NCBI GenBank assembly: GCA_044892525.1
Contig: CM097887.1
Coordinates: 20,522,001 to 20,586,000 of the forward strand
Direction of reading: 5' to 3'
Origin: Schmidtea polychroa
Lineage: Eukaryota
Length of the DNA stretch: 64,000 nt
Below, piece by piece: positions 25,240 through 38,200 of the stretch; the first letter of the stretch is position 1, and each line of letters begins with the position of its first letter. Below the pieces are notes generated by a model, which was not told where the DNA came from, searched no databases, and was given only the letters and a program-made list of their open reading frames with translations. The position numbers were made by a program, and so were the translations under genes.

Positions 25240-25960
25240 TTGATGAGAATTGCATTTGTTATTACCCTTACGAATTTTACATCGTTTTAATATTAACTGA
25301 CAACAAAAAATCCTGAAAAAATATATTTAAAAAATCCTAATATGTGTTTTAGGAACAGATCTTGAACAGGAATCATTCGATATCCGTTCAATATTTTTAT
25401 GAATGGAAACTTTCTGACAATATACATGATGTCGTCAATTCAACATCAAATGTTATCAGGGAATTTTTATTCACCCTAAAGGGTAGCGAAATCATCAAGT
25501 TGCGCTCAATTTACGAAGTGGTTAGTAGACAAATTAATGGTTTTCGTGGATAGTTATTCGTCTTAAGCTATTTGCAGTTCTTACTTTGGAAAAATTAAAA
25601 GACATCGGCCATAAATTAGTGGGAATTGAGACAAATGTATTAATGATTAAAGAATGTATTGGAATGATATCAAATAATGAAGATACTCAGGAAATTAGAC
25701 ACGTGGCAGCGATTCTGGATGGAATTATTGACAAATATCAGGTAGGGTCTTATCAATTATCAACCATTAGAAATTTTATATAGAAAATTAATAATTTGTA
25801 ACAAAATACAAACTGCACAAATTTCTATAGAAATCTTAAAACATAAAACAATAAAATTTATTTACAATCAAAATAAGGAAAATGATCAACAACTGCTTTT
25901 AAGGAAATTGAAGGAAACTATTTCATTGTCGATAAATCTCATTTTTGTTTTCTTTAAAAA
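25240..25960 (+). CDS. Candidate spliced host gene fragment, product unknown
   Basis: ORFs 25362..25553 and 25586..25783 join in frame via a GT-AG intron (A|TT). An upstream exon (EFDENCICYYPYEFYI) is also phase-compatible. The 3' junction is unresolved. Confidence 0.35.
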
Positions 25961-26124
25961 TCTAGCAGCAAATACTAATTATATTATTTATTGATTATTT
26001 TATATTTAATTAATGTTAATACCAAGAAATGATTGATTTATAATATTGAATATTCGATAATTATTTTGAATTTATCTTGAATTTGGTTTTCCTTTCAAGT
26101 AAGCCCCTGAATTACTGTGATGCT

Positions 26125-26819
26125 CAGGGCCGTAGCTAGGGAAAATTACGCCCGGGCGAGATTGAAATTTAGCGCCCTGGTGCCAAAAGAATCCACCACT
26201 CCCATTAATTATGTACTTACAGGAATGGAATTGGTCTTAAAGAGTCAAATTAAGATGCAAAGCTATACAATGCTTAACCAAACTTATATTATAACGAAAA
26301 CCAATTAATTATAAATATTTATTATACATGTGTATATACATAAATATTGAAAATTTATTTACTCCGTATTTATTAAATCTAAGTTCAGAGTTTTGATCAC
26401 TAAGTTCCTATTAAGGTTACTAATATAATATATTTGAGAAGATCAAGTGATCAACTTTAACATTTAACATTGAATTCTAAATAAAAAAAATTAAAGATAA
26501 ATTAAATTAAAGATTATCATCAATTGTTCTTCCTTCTTTCAAACGGTTTTCAAGATCTTTCCAGGCTAAGTAGCATTTTCTATTCTCAAAACTGTTTTCA
26601 TGTTCAGCCACCTTCGGATTTAGTTGCCCGTTTGCAAAAACCTTTAAATAGACCAACAAAACTAAAACAAAAAAACATGGAAAGCAGAATATAAAAATTT
26701 AATATGAAAAAAAGAAAGAAAAGCAAAAAAAATTTAAATGATCATTTCACAGTTTTGGCGCCCTTCGACTCGGCGCCCGGGGCGTTCGCCCCATTCGCCA
26801 CCCCCTAGCTACGGCTCTG
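26125..26819. mobile_element. Non-autonomous hAT (Tip100-type) deletion derivative, 695 bp
   Basis: TIR CAGGGCCGTAGCTAGGG / CCCTAGCTACGGCTCTG with perfect TSD GTGATGCT. Internal minus-strand piece LNPKVAEHENS..RKCYLAWKDLE.RLKEG. Confidence 0.93.
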
Positions 26820-28568
26820 GTGATGCTAATACATTATCTCTTATGGTCTCTTCCTTTGCTATTCGTTAAAATCAGTAAATAATATACGATGTTTTCCTTA
26901 AGGATAGTTTTCTAGCTAGTGTTCTAAATATTTGGGACTTTTCGGGATTATTTTATTAAAAAAAGATGAAAACTTCGTTTTAAAAAATTACTTTTAATTT
27001 CCTGGCGATATTTGTGAAAAGGGCGTCCTCATATTTACTGCAACTTTAATTCTAAAATATCATCTCGGCCAAAAATGATGTAGTTGTGAGTGATACAATT
27101 ACTAAAACAAATGGATGTATTGATTTTTCAAAGAACATCAATTTAGAAAAAATCCCAATCTTTTGAAGGGATGCCACCTATAAATTTCACAGACTTAAAG
27201 GAGTTCGTAAAATCTAAACATTTAAAATGAATATTTGTACTTTGTATTTGTTTTTATAAGATAATTAAAAATATATAATAAAGTATTTTTTGTCTCGATT
27301 AGTCCGCCAATAATATTAATAATAGATAGTCCCGGTTTTTCTAAAACTACTGCCAACTACGAGATAAATCGTAATAATAATGATAAATCACTTCATTTAA
27401 ACAAAGTAAAATATTAATTTTTATTCATATTATTTATTTTTATTAATTAATTATTGTTATTTTTATTAATATATTAATCATTAAAAATGATTTAAAACAT
27501 TCAAAAAGATAAATTATAAATTTTATAAATTGAAGATGCAATTTTTGAAAGTCAAATTTACAAATCAAAATGGTAAATTATCACTATTTTCTAACATAGT
27601 CAACCTCAATTAGTTTTAAAGCTTTGCAGAATATTAGATGATAAAATTGGAACGGATTCTAACTTTATATAAATTGTACTTCATCTGCTACAAATAAGAT
27701 AAATAAAAAACCAACTCCAACTTGGCCAATCGTTGAAATATCCGCTACAACACTTTTAAGCTTAAGATCTTGAACTTGTCCCCAGATTTTATTAAAAAAT
27801 AGATTTCGCCATCCCGATTGTGATTAATGCTAAGTGTTTTTTAAATATAAAATAATAGGAAGTTGATCATAAATATAATAGTCAATAAAAAAGTAATAAA
27901 TTATTAGCAAAATTCAATTCTATTGAAAAAGTCTTAAGGGCTCCTACGTAGGGTGAGTATCTTTTCGATTTCACCCGGAGATCTCAGTTTTTCCAAAATA
28001 TCTCAGGTCGGTTTACGCCATTTCTTTTCGGTTTTTGTATATTAGTGACTTGCAATTTGAAATTATACATTCATTGGGTATTTAACGAGAATAATTTTGT
28101 TTATTTTGCTCCTTTTGCAAAAAATGTTTAATCAAATAAAAGTTCAATAATAACTCAATATATTAAATTTTTATAAGTGAATCTATTAATTGACGTATTG
28201 CAGAAATCATTTTTATTAGGTTTATTTATATTTTATAAATTTAAAAATCGTTTTTAAGGAAAAGGAATAAAAAAATTTATGATTGTAAAATTAAGGTGCT
28301 AACCCTACTTCTGTGATAGCTATATTATTAAGATTATAGAATGTTATCGTATGAATCATTAAATGTTCTTATTGTTTTATTTTCTGCAAATAATCTGTCA
28401 AATAAATGAATAACATGAATTCTTAAATACAATATAAAATATCAAGCTAATAAATTATAACTTTTCAACACATTTTGATACCCAAACCAGCACAATAGAG
28501 ATTTTTTCCATTTACCACAAACATTTTGCTCTGTCAAACCTTAGTCAAAAAATGCACTAGGAACGGAT

Positions 28569-28600
<32 letters not shown>

Positions 28601-28639
28601 TATGTCACTGACAATTTTCATTGGAGGTTATTATTTCAG

Positions 28640-28843
28640 TCCAATCAGAAATTGCCAATTAAGCGCAATTCGCAATTGAACGAAGAAATGCCAATCATTA
28701 AAAAGCAGAAACTTGTAATTGATGAATTGGAAATAACATCTAAGAAGCTTTGTTCATTGGCTGAAAATGGTAATCTGATTTTAGATAGTGTCAGCATGTC
28801 GAAACTCCATGACATTGTATCAACTATCTCTAATTTATTATGA
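28640..28843 (+). CDS. Possible terminal exon of an unidentified gene
   Basis: TTTCAG acceptor followed by 67 open codons of protein-like composition. No upstream exons established. Confidence 0.25.
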   Translation, partial: SNQKLPIKRNSQLNEEMPIIKKQKLVIDELEITSKKLCSLAENGNLILDSVSMSKLHDIVSTISNLL

Positions 28844-29311
28844 ATTTTTCTCTAATAAATATATTTATGCTATTGGATACTTGATTTTTTGAGGTTTGAC
28901 TAAGGATGTATAAGTACAATATAAATATTTCCCCTTCCCATTACTTCTTATTAGCAGACAGCTTATGAAAATTCTTTTCTTTCAAACAGATGAGTATTGA
29001 ATAAATAAGGTAAGCAATATTCTTTTATTGTTTAATTATTTATTTTATTTGTAATTATTATTTTTATCAATTTTTTAAATTAAATAATTTTTTTTAATTA
29101 ATTGATTTATTTAAAATAAATTAATTAATTACAAATTTTTTTATATAATTATTATTTTTTTTGTAATTATGCATAAATATAAATAAAATTATAGATAAAA
29201 GATTAAAAATAATTATAAAAAACACATTATTACATAAAAATAAGTTTTAGATGTTCAATTTTAACATTTAATAAATACAATTTTTTAAAACTATACATGA
29301 TGACTTTTAAT

Positions 29312-29669
29312 TAGGGTTGTTAAACGAAAATCGGAAATCCGATTTTCGATTTTGAAAACGATTATCGGTTTCTTTATTTCACAAAACGATAATCGGTTTT
29401 GTTTCGGTATATACTATATACAAGGAAAATTACCTAAGAAATTGAAAACAAATTTACTTATATGCTTTAACTTTTTACATAAACAGTCAGTTTATATTCT
29501 CCTTGTGTGTGGTATAAACTTTGAATAAAACTAATTATACTATACACGTGCGTGAATAGTAATAATGTAAGTAGCTTTGGTTATGCAAAGTGCAAACGAT
29601 AATCGGTTTAAAATCGGATTTATGCAAACGATAATCGGATTGCTCGAAAAACCGATATTAACAACCCTA
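29312..29669. mobile_element. hAT (Ac-type) MITE, 358 bp
   Basis: TIR TAGGGTTGTTAA / TTAACAACCCTA with perfect 8-bp TSD CTTTTAAT. Subterminal AACGATAATCGG repeats. Confidence 0.92.
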
Positions 29670-30190
29670 CTTTTAATTAATTATTAATCAACTCTTTAAT
29701 TCTAAATCAACCATTTCAATATTTAAAATATCTGTAATTTTTTGTTTAATCTCAGGTCTTGATGCAGTATTTTTCATAAAAGATGAAAGTTGAGATTTGA
29801 AAAATCTAAAATATTCATCAGTAGGTTTTAATTGAAATAAATAAACTTGTATACTATTTTTAATATTAAAGTTCTTGTTAATTAAAATGATAATATAATT
29901 AAACTCAAGAGGTTATTAAAATTTATTGTATTAATTTTTATTGATTCTTATTTATTTCGCATGTTTCCACACGCTACCTTATAAAACAAGGTAATAATAA
30001 TAATAATAATACATGAATAAAGTTGATTACACAGCCATATGAGAAAAGCGCGGAGCATTTGAGAACCATTTTGAAACGAATAAACCTTATGTATAAATAA
30101 TTATTTTAAATATATGATTAATGTATTATAAAATCTTCTTTCGAATTTCACCTTTGATTTCTTTTCAATTGCAATTGTATTTATAAAAAT

Positions 30191-30253
30191 AATTGACTAT
30201 GAATCAGTAAAGATATAAAAAACATCGATATCTTTATTGATTCATAGTCAATT
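30191..30253. repeat. Fold-back: 26-bp stem (1 mismatch) with 11-nt loop; related sequence at about 47045-47130
   Basis: AATTGACTATGAATCAGTAAAGATAT pairs with ATATCTTTATTGATTCATAGTCAATT. Confidence 0.85.
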
Positions 30254-31120
30254 TTTGTATAAATGCATAAATATATATTAATTAAACCCTGAATAATCAG
30301 ACAATCATCAACGGAAGTAAAAGCGAACTCGACCGAGCGCCGGTTAGGAATGTAATTGGTAGGAATCCAATAATCCCCAGAATATTGAAAATAACGCTCA
30401 ACCTGTGTTTGAAAAATTGTCGATAATCCCCAAAAGAATTAAAATAATAACGGATAACGCCGTTCAGAATAAAAAGGAAAATTTGAAAAAAAGACGAGCC
30501 GCTAGTTGGTTGAAGGAAACAATATAAGAGGGCTTTTATGAAAATACAAAAGAACTAAAGAAAGAAAAGAATTCAAGTACAGAGTTATAAATTAATGTAA
30601 TAGAATAGTTTATTAGCTCTGAGACAAACCTACCAAATACCTACGAAAGAAATTTGTAAATCTAGTGACTGCAGAAACAATTATTATATATTTAAACTTC
30701 ATTCCTTAAGTCAGTATTAATATTTTAATATATTAAAACGAAGAAAAGATAAAGTAATCCTCAAAAATGCATTTAATATCACTTGTCATAATTATTTTGC
30801 AAAAATCCTATAAAGTCAAAAAGCAATCAAAATTAGGTAAACAAAGTTAAGTTTTCATAAATTAAAAAAACAGAATATTAAAACAAATATAATTAAATGT
30901 GAAATCAATTATTTAATTTGTAATTTTATTATTAAATTTAAACAAAACAAAAGTTAGTTAAATTAAATTAATTAATAAAAATTATTAATGATATAAATTA
31001 TAATATAAAGCTGATATATAAGATAGAAATTTATAAAAAAATATATTAAAAGACATTCAGAATAAATATATGAAAAATTGTAAGAAAAGAAAGGCTATTC
31101 AATAAATGCGCTCGAATCAG

Positions 31121-34060
31121 TTAATAGAAATTGTAAAATTCTAATTCATCTTTAATTTCCATGCGTTCAAAATCAGGAATTTGAATTTCTGACGAACTTT
31201 CCGTTTTAGTATCCTTTGCTAATATTATTCCGCCGTTTTCCAATCGCTTCACGAGGGAATATCTTTGCGAATCAATTTCATTTAGTTCTATTCCTTTTAA
31301 TAGGGCTGGCACAATTCTTGCTGGATTCTGCAATATTGTACAACGTTCAATATTTCCTTTCTTGTAAATATTTGACTTTGGTATTTCTGTTGACTGGGCT
31401 TTAATAATATTTTCCGTCTCATTTCTCTTGCCTCTCACTTTGCTTGACACACTCAAAATAGCTTTTGATTTAGATACGTTTACTGTCTCTACTTCCGTAA
31501 TGAGGGGATCAGAGTGCTTGAATTTGTCTGGTGATAAATTGGATTTGATTTCAACATTGAGCATTCTCAGATCTTCATTGAGAACAATTACACAGGTCGG
31601 TGTAAATGCCAGGCTGATGAAATTAGCTAGTGGATGCCAGAACCAATAACTCTGAAACACGAGTAGACCAACAACAGCTGCCATATTTGTATTGCCACTT
31701 GTGGTTTCTAATGATATTTTGACATTTCTTCCGCCTGCATTCATGATTCCCATTGCAATTATTGCTCCAAATTTAGTTATTATTTCTTCTCGACTGTTTG
31801 AAATTTTTGCCATGGTTTTATTTCGGAATTCAACTGATTTCGGATTGGTACTTTCTGTTTGTTGCATCATCAACATTGACATTGCAATATAGGCTCCTTG
31901 TTTCACAAATGCTTCGGAATCATCTAAAAGTGGCTCAATGATATCTATTGCTTCCTTCAATGGTGATCCAGAACAGCCAATACCAATGGCCATCGCAACG
32001 CCATATCTGATATGAGGATTATGTGAATCACTCATGAGTGCCAATGTTGACACAATATGTTTTGGATTTCTGAATTGAACAAATCCAATAGCTATCACGG
32101 CCCATCGACGGACATCGTCACTTTTATCACAAGATGCCGCTTTTAATAGTTTCCTAATGGCCTTAATATTTCCTGTTCCACAATATGCCATTGCAATGGT
32201 AGCCATTCCTGCCCATCTGAGAATAGGATTTTGTTCATATATTAATTCTTCAATTACTTCATCCGCATATTCCTCTTTACCATACATTAATAAAGCAATT
32301 CCCAGTGCTATTCCTCGGGATATTTTCTCATGAGTGGTTTCGTTGGCATAATTTATCATTTCCTCAGCAATCCCATAAGAACCGCCACCAAGCATCACTA
32401 GACCAATTGAGATTGCTGCTGCTTCACCGGTTACCGCATTATCATTAAATAATGATGATTTTAGCTGATCATAAACATGTTCTTTTCCTGTTCCCATAGC
32501 AGCTAGACCAAGTCCTAAACAGCCTCCATGTATTAATGCTTCATAATTTGGCCCGGCTAATTTAGTCAATAAATAATCTGTCACTCCCTCATTACAACGG
32601 TTTGCATGAATTAATCCCATTGCATAGAGTGCCCCTCCTTCACTATACATATTCTTTTCAATGCTGTTTTCATTTTCTTTTGGTAAAAACTTTGATAAAA
32701 CATTTCCTGTATTGATCTCATCACCTTTATGGATCACTCCTAATGAAGAAATTCCCGTGAATTTAGCCCAATGGGCAGCTTTATTGGTCCACTCTTTATT
32801 GTTATAGAGGAATGTTTTATCTGTTGTTCCGTAATTCATGAATCCGTTTGCTAAAGCGACTGCGTTGTCAGTGATAGAATTCTTTGAACAATCTTTCAAC
32901 TTATTCAGGATGCTCGAATCAACATGTGCTTGTCGAATCAGGAAATCTGAATGTAACTCGACAACTTTTGTTTTGGACAATATGGATACCAAATTATTAT
33001 GTTTCCTTTCAATATTGAAATATTCTTCAATTTTTTCTATTTCTTCGAAGTAATCATCATCATCATCAATATCAGTTCCAATTATTTCTTTCTCTAACTT
33101 GATCTTCTTAGCAGGAACTTCGGAATAATCATCACCATCAATATAAGTTCCAACTATTTCTTTCTCTAACATGATATTTTTGACAGGAACTTCAGAATAA
33201 TCATCATCATCATTATCATTTGATCTTTTGTAATACTCAGCGTCTCGGATATATGCTGAGAAATTTAATGAATTTATAATCTTAGTCAGAAATTCTTGAT
33301 TAGAATCTTCAGCGAAATCGAACGCCAATTGATATGCCACAAGCTCCATTTCATCGGTTCCTAAAATCATATTTTCTAAAGTCTCTTCAACTCGATTTGA
33401 ATCATTCAAAAGAATCAAGATCCGATAAATGTTTGTATAATCCATCATTTGCTTTCTCGTGCTTATTTCCAATAATTTTATTAATATTTCATCTCGATAT
33501 TTTTTTACTTTGCCAGTTTTCAAAGCGATTTCCAATGCATATTTAAACGCTTCTTCTACCCCACTTGCGTTCTCAATGGCTTTATCTAAAATATCTAATC
33601 TGCAACATTCCAATGCTATACCTATTGTTTTGACATGGTGCCCACTTTCGAAACTTTTTTCAAAAATTTTATTGATAAAACTCTCCAGTTTACCCAAATG
33701 AAAATATTCTATCGTTATTTCTTCTCTTTCGGATTTCTTTAATAAAATATATTTCTGAATGGCTTCCTTATTAATTATATTGATATATTCAATTTCTGAA
33801 TCAGCATAAAATTCTTCTTCGGAAATAAGAGCATAATTTAAGGATTCTTGAAGCTCTCCAAGATGGTAATAAATTTTTGAAACTAAAAGAGCTGCTAACT
33901 TTTGATGTGGAAAGTTTTTATTTTCTGTCAAAGATTCCAATTTTGGGATTTCTTCGGCTAATTCAGGCCAGAACTCACAGACGGTTTCTATTAGATTTGT
34001 TAGAACACAACTTGGAATTTCATTCAAATTATTATTGTACATTGATAATAGCAAATTCAT
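31121..34060 (-). CDS. PSMD1: 26S proteasome non-ATPase regulatory subunit 1 (RPN2), single exon, 979 aa
   Basis: EFWPE, AALLVSKIYYHLG, WAKFTGISSLGVIHKG, YSEGGALYAMGLIHAN, PC repeats, SDDVRR, HNPHIRYG, KFGAIIAMGIMNAGGRNV, FWHPL, NPARIVP. Confidence 0.97.
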   Translation of the reverse strand: MNLLLSMYNNNLNEIPSCVLTNLIETVCEFWPELAEEIPKLESLTENKNFPHQKLAALLVSKIYYHLGELQESLNYALISEEEFYADSEIEYINIINKEAIQKYILLKKSEREEITIEYFHLGKLESFINKIFEKSFESGHHVKTIGIALECCRLDILDKAIENASGVEEAFKYALEIALKTGKVKKYRDEILIKLLEISTRKQMMDYTNIYRILILLNDSNRVEETLENMILGTDEMELVAYQLAFDFAEDSNQEFLTKIINSLNFSAYIRDAEYYKRSNDNDDDDYSEVPVKNIMLEKEIVGTYIDGDDYSEVPAKKIKLEKEIIGTDIDDDDDYFEEIEKIEEYFNIERKHNNLVSILSKTKVVELHSDFLIRQAHVDSSILNKLKDCSKNSITDNAVALANGFMNYGTTDKTFLYNNKEWTNKAAHWAKFTGISSLGVIHKGDEINTGNVLSKFLPKENENSIEKNMYSEGGALYAMGLIHANRCNEGVTDYLLTKLAGPNYEALIHGGCLGLGLAAMGTGKEHVYDQLKSSLFNDNAVTGEAAAISIGLVMLGGGSYGIAEEMINYANETTHEKISRGIALGIALLMYGKEEYADEVIEELIYEQNPILRWAGMATIAMAYCGTGNIKAIRKLLKAASCDKSDDVRRWAVIAIGFVQFRNPKHIVSTLALMSDSHNPHIRYGVAMAIGIGCSGSPLKEAIDIIEPLLDDSEAFVKQGAYIAMSMLMMQQTESTNPKSVEFRNKTMAKISNSREEIITKFGAIIAMGIMNAGGRNVKISLETTSGNTNMAAVVGLLVFQSYWFWHPLANFISLAFTPTCVIVLNEDLRMLNVEIKSNLSPDKFKHSDPLITEVETVNVSKSKAILSVSSKVRGKRNETENIIKAQSTEIPKSNIYKKGNIERCTILQNPARIVPALLKGIELNEIDSQRYSLVKRLENGGIILAKDTKTESSSEIQIPDFERMEIKDELEFYNFY
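33064..33207 (-). repeat. 72-bp x2 in-frame tandem repeat inside RPN2
   Basis: Units start at 33064 and 33136 and encode DDYSEVP.K.I.LEKEI.GT.ID twice. Confidence 0.95.
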
Positions 34061-34899
34061 TTTTACAAGATATAATATAATAATATATTATTACTATTTA
34101 AACGAATTATTTAATATTTATAAAAATAATCAAACATTTATTTTATATCTATTTTTAAAGATTTTTAAATATTTTATATATAATTTATTATTTTTAAAGT
34201 GTATTTTTTTAAAAAATTATTATTAATTTAAATATTTAAAATTGTTAAACAACTAAATCATTTCAATATCAGAACGAGGATATTTTTATATAATTAATGA
34301 ATAAATCTTAATTGTTTTAGGAAATCACTTTGTAATTTTTCTATGGTGACTTGATAAAATTTTATTTATTTTTAATATTTTGATTTTAATTCATTTTCGA
34401 GTGAAAATGTAAAATTTAAAAATAATATATAAATTTAATTTTAAAATAAATTTAATTACAAGTTATTTAAAAAAATATTAAAAATTTTTGAATAAAAATT
34501 TTTGGTTTTAATATATCAAAATAATACTATTGGCTTAATAAATAAAAATGATATATTCATATTTGGAATGAAATTTAAATATATAGTAATTGTTTCGGCA
34601 GACTTGAATTATAAAACATTTATTTATAAATTAAATTATATTATTTCTTTGACAAACATTTTTTAACTAGTTATTTGTAATTATAAATAAATTTTCCAAA
34701 AATGTTTATTATTAATTTAAAATTTGCGAGTGATTCTCGGCATTCAGTGCATTGTTGGATACGGTTAATCATTTGTCACAATGAAAATTATTTTGCCTTC
34801 ATCTAAAAAATAAATCATTATTAATTAAAATAATAATATTAATATATAAATCGATTCCTGAATTAATAAATAGATTAATGACGGAGAAACATTTTCCCC

Positions 34900-35236
34900 C
34901 AATTAATGATTCGAAGACAAATTAGAAAACTTGTTTGAGCATTCTGTAGTGTTTTATCATTTGCATCGATGACCAGTGAAATCAGCTGATCAAAAATATC
35001 TTCAAACTTGCAGCAAAAACTCTGATGCTTTTGTATTTTGCAGACCAACGTGTTTCACAGAGGAAGGAAATATTTGGAACAAGACTTCTCATCTCTAGGC
35101 TTATTCGAAACAATCTAATAATGCTTTTAATTGTTCCAAATTTTTTGCCCCCTTTTATGATGCCCATTATTGCTTTTAATGTTATTGCATCAAAATTTAA
35201 TACTTTGAAAATATGTTCTTCATACATTCATCTATA
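34900..35236 (-). mobile_element. hAT transposase fragment abutting the next element
   Basis: FLCETRWSAKYKSIRVF motif. Confidence 0.65.
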
Positions 35237-35244
35237 ATATAGAT

Positions 35245-38200
35245 CAGGGATGGCGAACCTTTTTTTGACTGCGTGCCAATAAATATTATTTTTATAAAAT
35301 GAAAATACATGCGTGCCAATACAAATTATTTTTATTAAATGAAAATACATGCTTTTAAAAATTATATATAGATTCATTTCTATAATATGCTGACATGTTT
35401 TTTAATGGGATTTTTGTTGCTGAATATTTCTCGATAATGCATCAATATCCGGATCATAGTTTGACAATTTTAATGAAATACAAGCCTCCCCACATTCATC
35501 GGTAAGTCTGTTTCGTACATCAGATTTTATATTATTCATAATCGAAAATAGACTTTCACAGCTATACGTTGATGAAAATATTGTTAGAATAGCTAAAGAC
35601 AATTTCTTCATCGCATTAAATGTTTCTGGGAGCGAACACCATGTCTTCAACAACATATTATTCATGTTTTCGTATTCTTCTTCATTTAATCTTTTTTTTT
35701 CATTATTTTCTATTTCTTGCCTTAACTCTATAAATTTCAGCTTCCAAATAGAACTTGATTGAAACTCTGCCAACTGCATTTCTAAATTCTCCAACTGTAA
35801 CTAGTCTAATTGATCAATTTTAGCAGTTTCCATATCAAACTTGTCTGGATATTTAATAAAGTTAATTAATGGTTGAAATTTTTTGAAATCTTGAAATCTA
35901 TTAGCAAAATTGTCTTGTATGTCACTTATAACTTGGCTATAAAAATTTATATTAATTTCATAGACTCCATGAATAGAAAATTTTTGAAGGTGATCTTTCA
36001 ACAAAGGAAAATACTTAAAATTATTGTTGTCAATATCGCGTTTAAATATTACTAATTTGGACTCAAAACCTTCAATAATATCGAACATTACATCAATTGA
36101 TTTTCCGGGACCTTGCAATTTAATATTTAATTCATTTAAATGGTTGGAAATATCCGTTAAAAACATTAATTTGGTGATCCAGTTATTATCAAAAAGTTCA
36201 GGAAATTCGGTTTTTTTATCATTAAGAAACATGATAATTTGAACCTACCTCTTGTAGAAGCAACTGAAATTGCCGCTTATTCAAAGCTCGAGCTGCTATA
36301 AAATTTATTATTTTGGAAACAATACTTAAAATATCATCAAATGCTGCCAATCCAGACTTCGCACATAGAACTTCTTGATGAATTATACAATGAAAATTAA
36401 TAATTGGATGCCCAACGTGTTCTTGAAAAAGAGATACAAAACCAGCTTGCCGTCCTATCATTGAGGGAGCTCCATCAGTTGTAATTGACACTATTGTTGA
36501 TGTATCTATCTCAGCTATTTGAAACGTTTTTATAACTGCATCACTAATATCTTTCCCAGTTGTTTTTGCTGATAAGGAAACTAGTGAAAGCAATTCCTCA
36601 ACTATTTTTTCTCCTTTAGCATAACGAGCAATTATGGACAAGCGAGCTAAAGATGTTACGTCGGTACTTTCATCAAGACATATAGAAAATAGCTTTGCTG
36701 AACGTATATCATTTATTTTTTTAATATTAATATTTTTATGCATTTTTAATATCCTGTCTTTAACAGTATTTCGACTTATACTTAATTCTTCAATGCGCTT
36801 AAGTATCTGCTCTTTATTTTGAAAATCTTCAAATAAATGTGGTGCACATTTAATGAAAGCTTCTTTAATATAATCTCCATCGCTAAATGGTTTGCTATGA
36901 GTAGCAATAGTCTTGGAAACCTCAAAACTAGCAGCAACTAAATAATTTGTATGTTTCAAAAATGTAGTGAATGAGTTTGATTGGAATTTTTTATTTTTAA
37001 CTTCACGTGCAATATATTCTTTTTGTTCTGAATCACTTTTAGATAAAAGAAATGAATGAGTAGTTTCATAATGACGTTTTACTGAGGATGTTCTGCACAC
37101 TACTGTTTTTCCACACAACGCACACAGGGCATTGTTATTGCTTCATTTTCATTCCATATTTATCAGTCCACCAATCTTGAAATGGTCTGTTAGAGCTGGC
37201 CTCTGTTTTCCTTTTCTTATTTTCTGACATTCTAAAGTTGAAACATATTATTTATTTATCATTAAAATTGTTAATGAATTACCTTTTGAAATCAATTATA
37301 ATTGTCTTCTAAAAATATAAATAGATTTTTTTTTATTAGCAAAAAATAATACTAAAATAAGAAAACACAATTTTCAATCGCACTTACAAAGTTTTTAACT
37401 GAACTGAATTAGAATTAGTGAATTTCAATTTTGGCGAGAATGCAAATATTCATATATATATAGTTGTTATATTATTCATAATCGAAAATAGACTTTCACA
37501 GCTATACGTTGATGAAAATATTGTTAGAATAGCTAAAGACAATTTCTTCATCGCATTAAATGTTTCTGGTTAAAAACTTTGTAAGTGCGATTGAAAATTG
37601 TGTTTTCTTATTTTAGTATTATTTTTAGTATTATTATAGTTGTTATTATAGTTAATGAATTATTGTTATTATTGTTAATTATGTTATTTTGGAGGAGAAT
37701 TTGAAGAGCCCGAAAGAGTCACCGTTAAAACTTGTAGCGGGACAATCGGGGTGCGTGTTATGTTCAAAATATAAGATTTACAAACAATATAAAGTTATAG
37801 ATATAATGCAAAACAATAATAAATGTTACAACTTTTAAAATTTATTACAACAAAGAAATAAAACCTCGTATCTATCTTGGATGTTCGTGAAATATACTTC
37901 CAAATATTTTCTTTGATTTTCTTTCTGTACAATAAACTCTACTTAAAAGTCTTTGGTAAAGAAATGAATTTTCAGTTCTCAAAACTAATACAAATTATCG
38001 TTTCCATATTCTATTCGTCATTGCTTTTTTTAATTTTTCAATTTTCTTTTAACTATAGCGATAATTTACTATAGTAAATTATCGCTATATAGTTTATTTT
38101 TAAAAATCTGGATTTCCCAGATGGTAATATTTTATATTTTAGTATACACAATTCCTAATATATGTATGTATATATTTGAAAATCCAAAGCATACTATATT

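Noticed and set aside
27000-27260. DATYK motif suggesting a MULE transposase
   Set aside because: A single short motif with no supporting context.
35795-35803. TAG readthrough or alternative genetic code in the hAT ORF
   Set aside because: The element has other disabling lesions, and host genes terminate normally on TAA or TAG.
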